Both the position numbers and the translations under genes were made by a program. From Octopus sinensis (lineage: Eukaryota), in assembly GCF_006345805.1 (NCBI RefSeq), contig NC_042999.1:110918001-110982000 (forward strand): DNA of 64,000 bases, read 5' to 3'. This document shows, one piece after another, positions 28,131 to 40,577 of this stretch. Numbering within the stretch: the stretch's first letter is position 1; every line of letters starts with the position of its first letter. The notes beneath the pieces are model-generated. The model ran no database searches. It was given only the letters and a program-made list of their open reading frames with translations, and was not told where the DNA came from.

Positions 28131-28887
28131 ATATATATAATATATATATATTATATATGTATATATATATGTATATATATATGTATATATATGCATAAAC
28201 TACATCATCATTTTCATTCTTATTTCTACTGTTCCAAGGTGGCATGAACTGGCAGTAACATTCTCAATTTGAGAATTGGTGCATAATAAATTGATATCTT
28301 CCCAGATACCAACTGTTTTAGTCACCTTTTATAACATCCAGGGTCATAGTGTACCTCTTCTAGAACATTGTTTAGAATACACACAGTATATACCCTCAAA
28401 TTAAATATTTGGTGTTAACTTTATAAAGCAAGGAAAAGATATTGTAGCCATCTTGTGTTCATCCACACTACTTCTTAATTTCAGTTGTCTAAACTTCAGG
28501 CAATACCAATATTGTATCCTAGGAATAAAGGTGAAAATATAATACATGACTATGGAGGAAGGAAAATGAGAGCCTATATAGAGGTATGTAATGAGTATGT
28601 GTTATTGGCAAGGCCTAAGAAGGCCAAAATGAAACCTAGAATTCCTATGAGTCACAGCTGCGATAATGCTGTTTTGGTTCATGATATAGGGTGTTTTTTA
28701 AATTACATTTACAATTTGGAAAGCGAATAAAAAAAAAAGATAACTCAGCAGGGTTTATTGGAAAACATAGGCAAATTGTTCCATTGATTGTATCAGATGG
28801 GACCCTCATCATCGTAACTGATGGAGTGCTCCTATATGTATATATATGAACATATAAGTATATATACACGTATATATATGATATGTC

Positions 28888-29547
28888 ATAACCTATCAGA
28901 TCTTGGCATTGCTGGTAAACTGAGATAGTGACTGAATAACTTCCTTAAAGACAGAAGTCAGGTTGTTGCAGCCAATGGTGTCCTTTCTGAGGAAACTCAA
29001 GGAACTGGTCTGGGATCATTACTGTTTATAATAGATCTCTTAGACGAACCCATGGTCACTCAGACAACCACTGTCACTAGTTATACCAATGATGCAAAAT
29101 TATCACAGGCAATGAAAAACCAAGATGAAGTTGCAAGCTTATAGTGGGACCTGAATTCAGTATACAAGTGGGCCGAAATAAACAATATGTGATTTAATTC
29201 TGGAAAATTTCAAGCACTGCACTATCAACTCATGAATACATTATAATCTACATATACAGGACCCGAAGGCACTACAATCCCAGAATAACAAGCATCGAAA
29301 AACTTGAGGATCAGTATACGCAATGGTGCGTCATCTTACATGTGCATTACCAAGATGGCAGCAAAGTGTAGACATCTGGTTGGATGGATACTGAGGACCT
29401 CCAAGGCAAGAGACCAAGGAACTATGTTGATCCTGTGGAGAACCTTTGTTCTCAGCCACCTGGACTATTTACTGCTCCCAGTTATGGTCATCACATTGTG
29501 TCAAACTAACCGCAGAGTTTGAAGCAGTCCAACAGTGAGAACAAGAT
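28888..29547 (+). mobile_element. CR1/L2-type LINE reverse-transcriptase remnant
   Basis: LGIAGKLR..LNNFLKDRSQVV...QGTGLGSLLFII...SYTNDAK (degenerate YADD)...FNSGKFQALHY...GWILRT...FVLSHLDY. Confidence 0.85.
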
Positions 29548-29565
29548 ACCCTGTATATACATATA

Positions 29566-30433
29566 CAGGGTGCAGAGAATATATTTCTGTTTAAATTACA
29601 CAAAAATGAAAATAACACTGACATCTCATTTCAACAGATATATTTACCAAAATTACATAAAATTACAAAAATTGAAATACTAAAGAGTAAATTTATTCAA
29701 TAAAATCGCCATAGGCTTCAACCATGGCCTCCAGACCACTTCAGAATCTCCTGCAACTCTTCTGGATGGTCTCCTTGTTTAAGTAGGTGAATGCTGCCAT
29801 AATCCTTGCCTTCAGTTCATCTTTGGTGTTACAAGGAGTTTTACTGGTCTCTCACTCAACTTCACCCCAAGCATAATAATCAAGGGGGTTGTAGTCTGGG
29901 GAGTTAGGTGGCCAGATGTTAGAGGTGATGTGGTCACAGCAATTGTCTGACAGCCATGACTGGTTTCTCCTGCTTGTGTGGCATGGTGCAGAGTTCTATT
30001 GGCAGACATAGGGTCTTTCAGGAGCCACCCTCTTGATCCAGCCTTATAATGTAGGTCTCCATGTGGAGTTTGAAGCCATGTGGGAAGATAAATGACAGCA
30101 TAACATTGCCATCATTAGTGATCACCCCAAACACCATGATGTTGACTGGATGTTTGATTTTTATCACTCTCAGTACATGTCCTCAGATTGCTCTGTCTTC
30201 AAATTGACACCCAAACACTCTGAAATGTTCATATTGGAGACTTCTAGTATGAATGCCAAGCAGTACAGTATGTTGTTTCCAAATTTCTGGTAGAGTGAAT
30301 TGCAACATGGAACTGTTTTTCTCACAGATGTTACCCAACTAACCACTATGCTGTGTAGTCAACAAAATCAAAAACAAAGCACGTGTGCAAAATTAGAAAT
30401 ATAAAATTGTGACAATTTACACATTACACTCTG
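29566..30433 (-). mobile_element. maT/DD37D Tc1-mariner-superfamily element, internally deleted
   Basis: Ends ta|cagggtg...cactctg|ta. Minus strand CQ*NSAPCHTSRRNQSWLSDNCCDHITSNIWPPNSPDYNPLDYYAWG has 37 residues between the mutated second D position and the third D. Confidence 0.85.
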
Positions 30434-30447
30434 TATACATATATATG

Positions 30448-30503
<56 letters not shown>

Positions 30504-30640
30504 TATGTGTGTGTATGTGTGTATATAGACAGGTAGGTAATCAGATAATGTGGTATTATTATCATCATTATCATCATCATTTTGAATACAGACACTAGAT
30601 GATAAGGATGATGATGATGATGATGATGATGACAATATTG

Positions 30641-30677
<37 letters not shown>

Positions 30678-30711
30678 CGATTGTTATGACGATGCCACTT
30701 AAGCTGATTAC

Positions 30712-30751
30712 CTACTAGTCTATGTTCATAGGTCTTCCTGCTCATCCATAA
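30712..30751 (-). CDS. Candidate 40-nt exon (LWMSRKTYEHRLV), unidentified gene
   Basis: Very strong acceptor ttttttcccttttgtttctttattttcag|tta and donor gtag|gtaatc; one stop-free frame. Confidence 0.35.
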
Positions 30752-31356
30752 CTGAAAATAAAGAAACAAAAGGGAAAAAAATAACTTTCACCATCATCAT
30801 AAAGATCATCCAACAACCAATATTGACTGTTGGAATGGTGATGGCAGCATCAGCAGCAGGGTTATCTTCATCTCACTGTCTCTACCACCATCATCACACC
30901 ACTACAAACCAGTCGTCACTACTAACTGTTACCCACCCTTCACAATCAACAGACCCTTCCTTCTGCACTTTTCTCCTTCACTACTCCCCTTAAATCGTTA
31001 TTTTACAAAATGTTCTTTCCATTTATTCAATAGGAATGAATGCACATCATCACCACTGCTTAGACACCTATACATCCACCAAAACTACCACCACCATTGT
31101 TGACATTGCCACCACTGCAGCCACTGCTATCACCACCGCCACCACTGCCACCACCGCCACCACTGCAGCTAATGCTGCCACAGCCACCATCACCACCGTC
31201 ATCATCCCCACCACCATCATCATCACCACTATATGTCCACCTACACTATCCCCCTCACACTACCACTACTGTCACTTCACACAAAGATATTCATCTATTT
31301 CTAAAAATTCAAATAAAATTTAATACACATACATACATATACACATATATGCATAC

Positions 31357-31387
<31 letters not shown>

Positions 31388-31661
31388 CATATATTGCATA
31401 CATATGCATGTGTGTATATAAATATGCATATGTGTGTATATAAATATGTATAAATATGTATATATACGTGTATATATGTATGTATATATATATACATATA
31501 CATATATACATATATATATTTATATGTATATATGTGTGTGTGTGTGTATGTATACATAAATATTTATGTATGCATGCATGTATGTATGTGTATAGTTAAT
31601 ACAACAAACCATGTGTAAGTTGTCTGGTTCATTTGTGTAAGCAACAAACGTAGAGTTTTAC

Positions 31662-31699
31662 GTTTCATTGCAAGATCTTTCAAAAGATCTTTTTCTTCA
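31662..31699 (-). CDS. Candidate 38-nt exon (EEKDLLKDLAMK)
   Basis: aatattttcag|tga...aac|gtaaaa; one stop-free frame; splice signals only moderate. Confidence 0.2.
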
Positions 31700-33241
31700 C
31701 TGAAAATATTTTCAAAAAAATATATATTTTTTCCTGTTTAAAATAGAATTTCTTTTTTTGTTTTTGTTTTTATTCCTGTTTCTTTTCTTTTCTATTTATT
31801 CTTGTTAGTTTAAACTTTTGTTTTATGTTGTTTTTATCTCAATTTCTCCACTCTCACTTCCTCTCTCCTGTTGCTAATGGATAAGAATTAAATGAAATCA
31901 ATACATATGTGTATATGTATATGTATTTCTAACTGTGTATGTGTAAGAGGGGTCGTATTGTGTGTGTGTGTGTGTCTGTCTGTGTGTGTATGTGCCTGTG
32001 TGTGTTTGCCTGTGTATGTGTGTGTCTGTGTGTGTCTGTGTAAATAAACAAAAAAATGGATACAGATGTTTATTTTCATTTTTTAATTTTTAAAAAATTG
32101 TTGTTATAGCTAACTGACTGGAATTTTGTCTATATACATATCTACACACACACAAAAACGATGTACACTCATATGCACAAACATACATAATTATGTATAA
32201 ACATGCTTATGTATACATACATATATATATATATGCATATGTATATGTGCATATATATATGCCTATATGTATATGTATATATGTATATGTATATATGTAT
32301 ATGTATATATGTATATGTATATATGTATATGTATATATGTATATGTATATATATATATGTGTATATATATATATATATATATGCATATATGTATATGTAT
32401 ATATGTGTATATATAAATATATATATATGTGCATATGTATATAGATATGTATTTATAAATACACACTCACACACATACATGCATGCATATATGTGTATAT
32501 ATGCAGATTAGAAGGACATAAAAATATGCATATATATCAACATGTAGAATATCACCTTGTAAAGTAGTATGATACAGATCAATGTCAAAATCATATAATC
32601 ATCAACTTTATAGAAAAATATTACCATGATAAAAAATTATGTTGTCACTTAAGTAAGTCCCCCCACCCACCAATGATTCACAATAATTTTAACCATTTCA
32701 GTACTAAATCATTCAAGACTGCTACTGGATTTATGATAAACATTGTATCAATTCAAACTGTTTGTATTTAAATTAAAACCTCCCATTGTCTTTTACATTG
32801 AAGCTTTGAAGTTTTAGATAATGTAAGTTTGATCATTAAGAAATATTAGTTATATTTTTGTGTTTCTCTAACATCTTAGTTATAGTCATAATGAATGAAA
32901 AATTCATTGGCAATGCACAATGTATTCTGTTGGAAATATACAGTGTATGCATTTTAATGTCTTGTCAGAAAAAAGGTTGCAGCAATCAAGTGTATATATA
33001 CATAATCTAAAGAGCTATAAAACAAGACTTCTTATGAAGATGTTACATACATATGCATGCACACACATACACACACATCAATTTAATACACAAATTATGA
33101 AAGAGCTACCAATAGTTTCATACTTTTATGATATTTGAAATAGGTAGAGTTCTAAAACATGCCACAAATCCAGAAATAGGTGGTTGGAAAGCAAGTTTCT
33201 TACCACATAGGTATGCCCGTGTGTGTGTGTATATAAACATG

Positions 33242-34523
33242 ACTGCATGCACAGTGAGAACTAGCAGTGATCTTCATGTGAAATTTGTGTTTTTGTGATC
33301 ATGTTTATGCTGTAGCCTGTGATTTTGTCATGGACAGGAAGTTGGAACAAAGAGCCAATGTGAAATTTTTCATTAAACTTAGGAAGTCTGCTTACAGAGA
33401 CATTGAGCATGCTTTGGCAAGCTTACAGTGATGAGGCAATGGATCGTATGCAATGTTTTGAGTGGCACAGGTGCATCAAAGTCTGTTGAGATTTCTGTCA
33501 GCATGCCACTAATAACCCATCCTTCATTTTGAGGATCATGACCAATGACGAAATTTGGGTCCACAGTTATGACCCTGAGATGAAGCAACAGCTGTCACAA
33601 TGGAAGAGGCCTTCATCTCCATGATGGAAGAAGATACAACAGAACTACAGCTCAATCAAGTATTTTTTTAATAAAAAAAAACACATTCAAGCAAGGTCGT
33701 TGCTAAAATAAAAAAAAACAAAACATTCGAGCAAGGTTGTTGCCAGTGCCGCTGGACCAGATTCTGTGCAGGTAGCACATAAAAAACACCATTTGAGCAT
33801 GGCTGTTGCCAGTACTGCCTGACTGGCCCTCGTGCCGGTGGAACGTAAAATCACCCACTATACCGTCGGAGTGGTTGGCGTTAGGAAGGAAATCAAGCTA
33901 TAGAAACACTGCCAGATCAAGATTGGAGCCTGGTGCAGCCATCTGGTTTGCCAGTCCTCAGTCAAATCGTCCAACCCATGCTAGCATGGAAAGTGGACAT
34001 TAAACGATGATGATGATGATGATGGTATTGTGCATTGAGAATTCACACACACCCCCTTCCAGGGCCAGACAGTCAAGTGAGAGTTCTACTGCAATGTTTT
34101 AAAGTGTTGGAGGGAAGATATTTGGCAAAAGCGACTGGATCTGTGGAGCATGTAAAATTGGATTCTTCACCACCACAATGCTTTTCTCATTCGCTTCTCA
34201 CCAAAAACATGGTATCACTTCCACACCCACCCTATTCACCAGATTTAGCATCTGTGGACTTACATCTCTTCCTCAAGATGAAAATGCAGCTGAAAGTTCA
34301 CCGTTTTAATATCATTGCTGATATCCAGAGTGAAACACAGAAGGTCCTTGACTCACTTACAGAAAGCGACTTCCAGGTTGGATCCCAAAATTGGCAAGAA
34401 CACTGGGACTTATGTATTGCTATACAAGGTGACTATTTCAAAAGCGATGGTATTAAAACTAAGATAAATAAGTTACTTTTTATTCAACATAACTAGTCCA
34501 GGAACATTTTGATACTACCTCTG
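33242..34523 (+). mobile_element. Mariner element (same family as 14153) interrupted by a SINE-D
   Basis: MDRKLEQRANVKFFIKL...QCFEWH, RIMTNDEIWVHSYDPEMKQQ, [SINE], GIVH*EF...EFYCNVLK, HPPYSPDLASVDLHLF; right TIR actagtccaggaacattttgatactacctc. Left TIR not seen. Confidence 0.9.
33670..34025 (+). mobile_element. SINE family D nested in mariner, with internal tandem units and (GAT)n tail
   Basis: Three cattcgagc...gttgccagt-like units; tail ccaacccatgctagcatggaaagtggacattaaacgatgatgat. Confidence 0.85.
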
Positions 34524-34624
34524 TATGTATATATGTGTGTTGGTGTTTCCTTGTCTTTACAATATAATAGTTTTAAAATATGAAATGATTGTCACTATGA
34601 TAAAAACCATGTCATTCATTTCTT

Positions 34625-34795
34625 ATATTCTGTGAGAACATTGTCTGGCAATGGGGAAATATTAGCTTGCTTGGAAACAGATGAAGATTAGTGACAGGAA
34701 GGACATTCAGCCATAGAAAATCTGCCCAAATAAACTCCATCCAACCCATGCAATCATGGGAAGTAGATGTTAAAACGATGATGGTGATGATGTCA
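34625..34795 (+). mobile_element. SINE family D-like 3' part
   Basis: aggaaggacattcagccatagaaaatctgcc...caacccatgcaatcatgggaagtagatgttaaaacgatgatg. Confidence 0.7.
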
Positions 34796-34815
34796 AACAT
34801 CAATAATCTAGTAAA

Positions 34816-35040
34816 TCGAAGAATAATGGTATCAAATTTTGGCACAAAGCCAGTAATTTCAGAGAAGAGGGTAAGTCAATTACATCGACTCCCGTCAGCA
34901 CTCAATTGGTAATTATTTTATCAACTCCTTAAGAACGAAAGGTAATGTCAACCTCAACAGGATTTGAGCTCAGAATGTAAAGACAAATAAAATGTTGCAA
35001 AGCACTTTGTTTGGCATACAAATGATTCTATCAGCTCAAC
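34816..35040 (-). mobile_element. Old SINE family B copy (tail variant ii)
   Basis: tcaaattttggcacaaagcc...ttttatcaactc...gatttgagctcagaatgtaaagac. Confidence 0.7.
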
Positions 35041-36382
35041 ACCTAAGTAACTCAGAAAAATAATGATTTTACTGAAAAGTTGTCATTTAGGCTTAGCTGA
35101 GCTCTGGAGGAGCTACATGCAAGCTAAGACTTTCTAGCCATGGCCATTTCATATTTTTTCTAAGTGTGTGTATCAAGGGAACTAAACTGTATGTACTTTG
35201 GTTTTAGAATAGAAGGTAACTACAAGGAGGGGCTTCCAGGGGCAAAGCACTGCCTCAAGAAGAAATTCTTTTGAGTACAATACAAAACACAGGAGACTGT
35301 CATGTGGCTTGGCAGGCAAAAATATCCAGTGCATCATCTTTTCTTATGGATTGTTGGCTGCTATTTCTGGCAGTTTGAATAACCAAATTGATGTTCTTTC
35401 AATGGATTGTTTGCAGACAGATGTGAATTTTCAGATTAAATGTATTTTTTTAGCCACATCTGTTGACATGCAGAGTTCAAACCTAGCTTAGGTCACTTAA
35501 ACATTTCATCTCTCTGGAGGACAATTCTATTAAATTTGCCCTTTCTTGACAAAATTCAGCTTAGTGTTTATGTATAAAATCTAATGTTATATAAACCAGA
35601 AAAAAAAAACAAATAAAAACATAAATGTAAGAAATAACAAGTAAACCACTTTCCATACTGAGAAGTATGAGCACACCACATATGCACACACATATACACA
35701 TACATACACAGGCAGAGGCACAAATATAATATAAGCTTTAATACCAATCACTTCATATAATAACTGTCAAGTTTTAAATTAGACATTTCCTTGTTTTCTA
35801 TCTTTTCTCACATTTTTCTATAAAGCCAGTTGCTTCTAAAGCTCCTTAGTTCTTTAGTTAACCTTCAGAATTACCTTTTGTTTTTAGTTTATATATATAT
35901 TTTTTTATTTCCATCCTATTTTTACATCAGTGCCACCAATGTTGAATGTGTTTATACATCGGAGGTGACATTTTATAGATGTTTTCCAGAACACTTATTT
36001 ATCACTGATACCCTAACGGAACATTGTAGAAACATCTTATGCAATTCTTTTGTAATTTATTTTACTTCAGTTATCGTAAACGTCAGTGTAATCACTGTCT
36101 GTCAGTTTATTCAAGTCTTGCTGCTCAATATGCATCATTATAAATGTTGCATTCCATTACAGTATTCCAGGTCTTTTTGCACTGTTCCTATCGATGTTCT
36201 GCTTATTGTTGTTATAGTTTTCTTCATCATCACCATCACCATCACCATCACCATTCTAATCGTATTAGCTTTGTTTAATTCTTATTAGTATTATTCATTT
36301 ATGAAGAAAGTGAAAAGGAACAAGAAATACCAGTAGAACACTGAACTGGGTTCCTTTTTCTTTTCTGTTTTAGTTCTGATAT

Positions 36383-36530
36383 GTGGCTTTGTATTTAGAG
36401 TTAGCTTCATGATCATAAGATCATCGGTTCAATTCCTGGACCGAATGGCATGTTATGCCCTTGAGCAAGGCACTTCATTTCACATTGCTCTATTCTACTC
36501 AGTTGAAAATGAGTACCAGCCTAGTGCTCA
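36383..36530 (+). mobile_element. Degenerate SINE family C
   Basis: ggttcaattcctgg...cccttgagcaaggcacttcatttcacattgctc...actcagttgaaaatgagtacc. Confidence 0.7.
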
Positions 36531-36657
36531 GGTAGCTCTTTCTCCCTTCAATTGTCACAATCTCAGAATTCCAATAGATTAAAAATGGGAGGGCAGAGAG
36601 GGTGCCTATGTCTACTTGCAACTACATAGACACCTAAGAACAAAATAATGACACATG

Positions 36658-36867
36658 CTAACAGGTCATAGTCTTTTTAAAGTGATGGCTACAGGGGCTT
36701 CTTTTCAACATCAACTCATTGGATTCAATGGATTCAAATCTCTCTGTCAATTGTTCCATGTTATCTTCAAATACAAAACAGACAATGTTTCTTGTAACTT
36801 TATTTTGTCCAATTCCATGACTCCCTTCGAATACCAATTTGAAGGGTGTGACATTATTCATAGAGGG
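36658..36867 (-). CDS. Candidate coding segment of unknown origin (PSMNNVTPFKLVFEGSHGIGQNKVTRNIVCFVFEDNMEQLTERFESIESNELMLKRSPCSHHFKKTMTC*)
   Basis: Non-repetitive 80-aa ORF with an in-frame acceptor cattttgtccag|ccc; a plus-strand ORF (36655-37026) spans the same region. Confidence 0.3.
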   Translation of the reverse strand, partial: PSMNNVTPFKLVFEGSHGIGQNKVTRNIVCFVFEDNMEQLTERFESIESNELMLKRSPCSHHFKKTMTC

Positions 36868-36959
36868 CTGGACAAAATGTTTTGTAGTATAGAATCGCAT
36901 TTGATATCAGCAGTTTTATTCAGTCTTCACAATCAATCTCTTTATCTTCCTCCTCCTTC

Positions 36960-36990
<31 letters not shown>

Positions 36991-37599
36991 GACCCCCACC
37001 ACCACTACCACCATTTACAGATTTAATAAAGAATAGTCATAATATGGCTAAGTCGTTAAGGTAGTTCACTTTGTAATCACAAGGTGTTGGATTTGATCCC
37101 ACATGGCAAGCCAAGAGTCAACTCAAGACTTGCGAGTAAAATTAGGAAGACAGAAACTGTACTGAAGAAGCTTGTCAGATGGACTGTTCCTATAATTCAA
37201 AAGCCAGCCTTCTCATACACTGTGTCACGCTGATGACTGTACCTGAGAATTATATTCCATGTGTCACTGAAATATACAGCTCCTTACATATCGATTCAAT
37301 GAGGAATTACTTCAGTTGATATAAAAAGCTGAAAACTGACTGTTGGAAATTCTGACTGAGATCCATAAATAGTTTTCTGAGTTTTTTTTCTACTGTTCAA
37401 ACTATTCATTTATTTACGTTTATGAATAGAGAATGTAAGAAAACTCAATCATGTTATTCTTATTTACATTTTTTCATTCACTGTTATTTTAACCTAAAAC
37501 AATTTCCTACTGAGATTCTTACATCAGTTCTCAGATTAACTATTAAGCTAAATATATATATATATATATCAGGGTATTAAGACAAGTGGAGTACTCACA

Positions 37600-38002
37600 T
37601 TTACTCATTTACTCTTTTATTTGTTTCAGTCATTTGACTGTGGCCATGCTGGAGAACCACCTTTCATCAAGCAAATCGACCCCAGGACTTATTCTTTGTA
37701 AGCCTAGTACTTATTCTGTCAGCCTCTTCTGCTGAACCGCTAAGTTACAGGGACGTAAACACACTAGCATCGGTTGACAAGCGATGTTGGGGGGACAAAT
37801 ACAGACACACAAACATATACACACATATATATATATATACGACAGGCTTCTTTCAGTTTCCATCTACCAAATCCACTCACAAGACTTTGGTCGGCCCAAG
37901 GCTATAGTAGAAGACACTTGTCCAAGGTGCCATGCAGTGGGACTGAATCCAGAACCATGTGGTTCGTTAGCAAGCTACTTACCATGCAGCCACTCCTACA
38001 TT
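37600..38002 (-). mobile_element. SINE family A, full length
   Basis: Reverse complement of the 12894 copy. Confidence 0.9.
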
Positions 38003-38021
38003 TACCATAATTCGCTTACAT

Positions 38022-38200
38022 TGGTTTCAAATTTTGGCACAAAGGTCATCACTTTGAAATGGAGGAAGGTTTAGTTAATACTAATAAATTTAATATTCAC
38101 TTTCTTTTATTGACCTTGAAAGGAGGAAAGGCTAAGCTGAATTCAACATGACTTGAACTCAGAATGTAAAGCACTGAAACAAATAATACAAGGCATTGTA
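38022..38200 (-). mobile_element. Old SINE family B copy (tail variant ii)
   Basis: ggtttcaaattttggcacaaagg...cttgaaaggaggaaaggc...ttgaactcagaatgtaaag. Confidence 0.65.
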
Positions 38201-38653
38201 GCAATTTAGCAATAACAGATTTTATTCAATTAATTGTGGTGTCTGGCCTGGTGTGACCTGGAAGGAAACAGAATTTTTTGATCTCTTATCTCATATTCAG
38301 TACTTGTATCTTAATGTCTTCTCAATTTGAGCCTAAAAGGATCAGGAAGGGGGCTGCTTATTGTTGAGCTGAGCTTAGGGGATTACTTGGCCTTAATCCT
38401 GACTTGTTTTACTATAACTTTCTATAACTACTGTTTATTTATCATTGCCACACATGATATTTCACACATTCAGCAGGTATTGAAGGCAAACCAATGACAT
38501 TTTTTAATATATAAACTACAGTATATGTAACCAATAATAGTATATAACACTAATTGTACCATGTGGTAACATCAGGAAACTAACAAGCAGTGTTATTTTA
38601 ACAGATGCTATCAGATATGTCATCATGCATTAAAAGTGATTTTTTTAACTGGT

Positions 38654-38815
38654 TCAGGTGTGGCTGAGTTGTAAGAAGTTTTACTTCCCACCCACATAGT
38701 TTCAGCTTCAGTGTCATTGTGTGCTACCTTCGGTTACTGCTTTATTCTATAGTCTCGGGCTAACCAGGACCTTCTGAGAAGATGTGGTCAGCGGAAACTG
38801 AAAGAAGCATCTCAT
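38654..38815 (+). mobile_element. Degenerate SINE family A 5' half
   Basis: gtgtggctgagttgtaagaag...ctatagtctcgggctaaccagg...cggaaactgaaagaagc. Confidence 0.7.
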
Positions 38816-38865
38816 ATATCATCATCATCATCTAACGTCTACCTCCCATGCTGGCATGGATATGT

Positions 38866-39345
38866 ACAGTTGTGGAAATTAGCTGCCCAGTAGATGTTAA
38901 CATAAAGCTGAAGATCAGTGAAAAAGAGAATACCTATGCTGAACTATTGAGAAATTGGCAATTATTCTATCCAGATTACAAGTTCAGGTCTATACCTGTA
39001 TTTATTGGGGCCCTGGGATATGTAATACACTGCCTAAATACCAATCTTCAGAAATTAGGCTTCTCAAAAACAGAAAAGAGAGAGCTAATTCAAAAACTAC
39101 AGATTGAATCCATCACTGAAACTGTACAAATCTGCAAAACTTTCCAGAAGACTATCATTTAAATATGTATGAGCATGTCTAGATATACAACTATATTCAG
39201 CAAAACATACAAATCTGCACATATACGTACATACATATGTACATACAAACAGAAATATCCTGTTGTTGATGTTGAAATTTTCCAATGAAGGAGCCTTGGC
39301 TCTTTCTCTATTGGCAAGAAATCTTGAAATAAAAATGAACAATGA
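38866..39345 (+). mobile_element. R4/Dong-like (RLE-endonuclease) non-LTR retrotransposon 3' end
   Basis: VVEISCPVDVNIKLKISEKENTYAELLRNW...IPVFIGALG fits the restriction-like endonuclease C-terminal pattern (K...K..Y..L...IP..IGALG); stop at 39162; 3' UTR has a second copy at 21535. Confidence 0.75.
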
Positions 39346-39669
39346 CATACATACACACATACATAAATACCTACTTTCATACATACAAACATACATACAC
39401 AAATACATACATTAATACGTATATAGATACATACATATGTACATATATGTACGCGCACACAAATGCATGCTCATATAAACACACAGGAACACCCATGCAT
39501 GCATACATAAGTACAGAGAGCAGCTGCAAGACAACTGCCTGCCAAAATTTGCACCGTTTTTAATATTGCCCCTCCTACCTTTCATCTCTCACCTACACTC
39601 AAGACCATTGTTCCTCTACCTCCCACCTGACTAGCATCTGAACCTTCTCTTCTTCTTTTGCAAGGCCTT

Positions 39670-39880
39670 TAATTAGAAGCAGAGACAGAAAGAGAGAAAT
39701 GGAGAAGGGAAAGAGGAGAAAGAAGAAAGGAAAAGAGAGAAATTAATGTAAAAGTGAAAAATGAAGGAAGAAAGAGAAGTGAGGAAAGAAAAGGAAAGGA
39801 AAGGAAAAAGAGAAAGTGTGTGAAAATAACAGTGGGAAGGGGAAAGTGAAAGAGAAGAAAAAAGAGAAATGTGTGAAAGT

Positions 39881-39913
<33 letters not shown>

Positions 39914-40260
39914 CAGAGGTGAGAAATTGTGAAAGGGTGAGAGTGTGAGGAGACAAAAAGGAGGGAAATGTGTGAAAGAGAGAGGTGTGAAGAGAGCGAA
40001 ACTGTATAGGAGAGATACAGAGAAAGAGGAGGAGGAGGAGAGAAATAGCATTTAAGAAAGAAAGGTTGGCGGGTGGTGGGTGATAGGAAAAGGGAAAAGA
40101 GAGCCAGAAAAAGAAAAGGAGAGCGGAATGGAAAAGGAGAATTGCATGCGAGAGACAGAAGGTGAGAGAGAGGAAAAGAAAGTGTGTGGAAGAGACAAAG
40201 TGACAATGAGAGAATGGAGAAGGAGAGAGATGAAGTGAGAAAGAGGGAAGTTGCTAAGAA
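39670..40260. repeat. ~590-bp polypurine (GA-rich) low-complexity tract
   Basis: Almost exclusively A/G with scattered TG steps. Confidence 0.9.
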
Positions 40261-40577
40261 CGGGTTTCTTGCTAACAAGAGATAATTCAAAAGAAGACTG
40301 CGTATAGTATTCAAAGACGATATTTTCCCTCCATATCATTGACCATAATTAGGAGTATCTATTATACTTCAATAAATACAGTAATTTTTGTATGCCTTAC
40401 GAAACCTTCACACAGAGAAATACTTAGTTTTAGGTAAACCAAAATACATACTTTAAAGCACACAGGCATCGTCTACATATATTGATCGTCTGTTGGTTTT
40501 TCAGTCTTTATAAAGGTGTATCCTACTCAACTGAACACTGTAGATGTTTTAAATAGCATTGGTGAAACGGAATGTTT

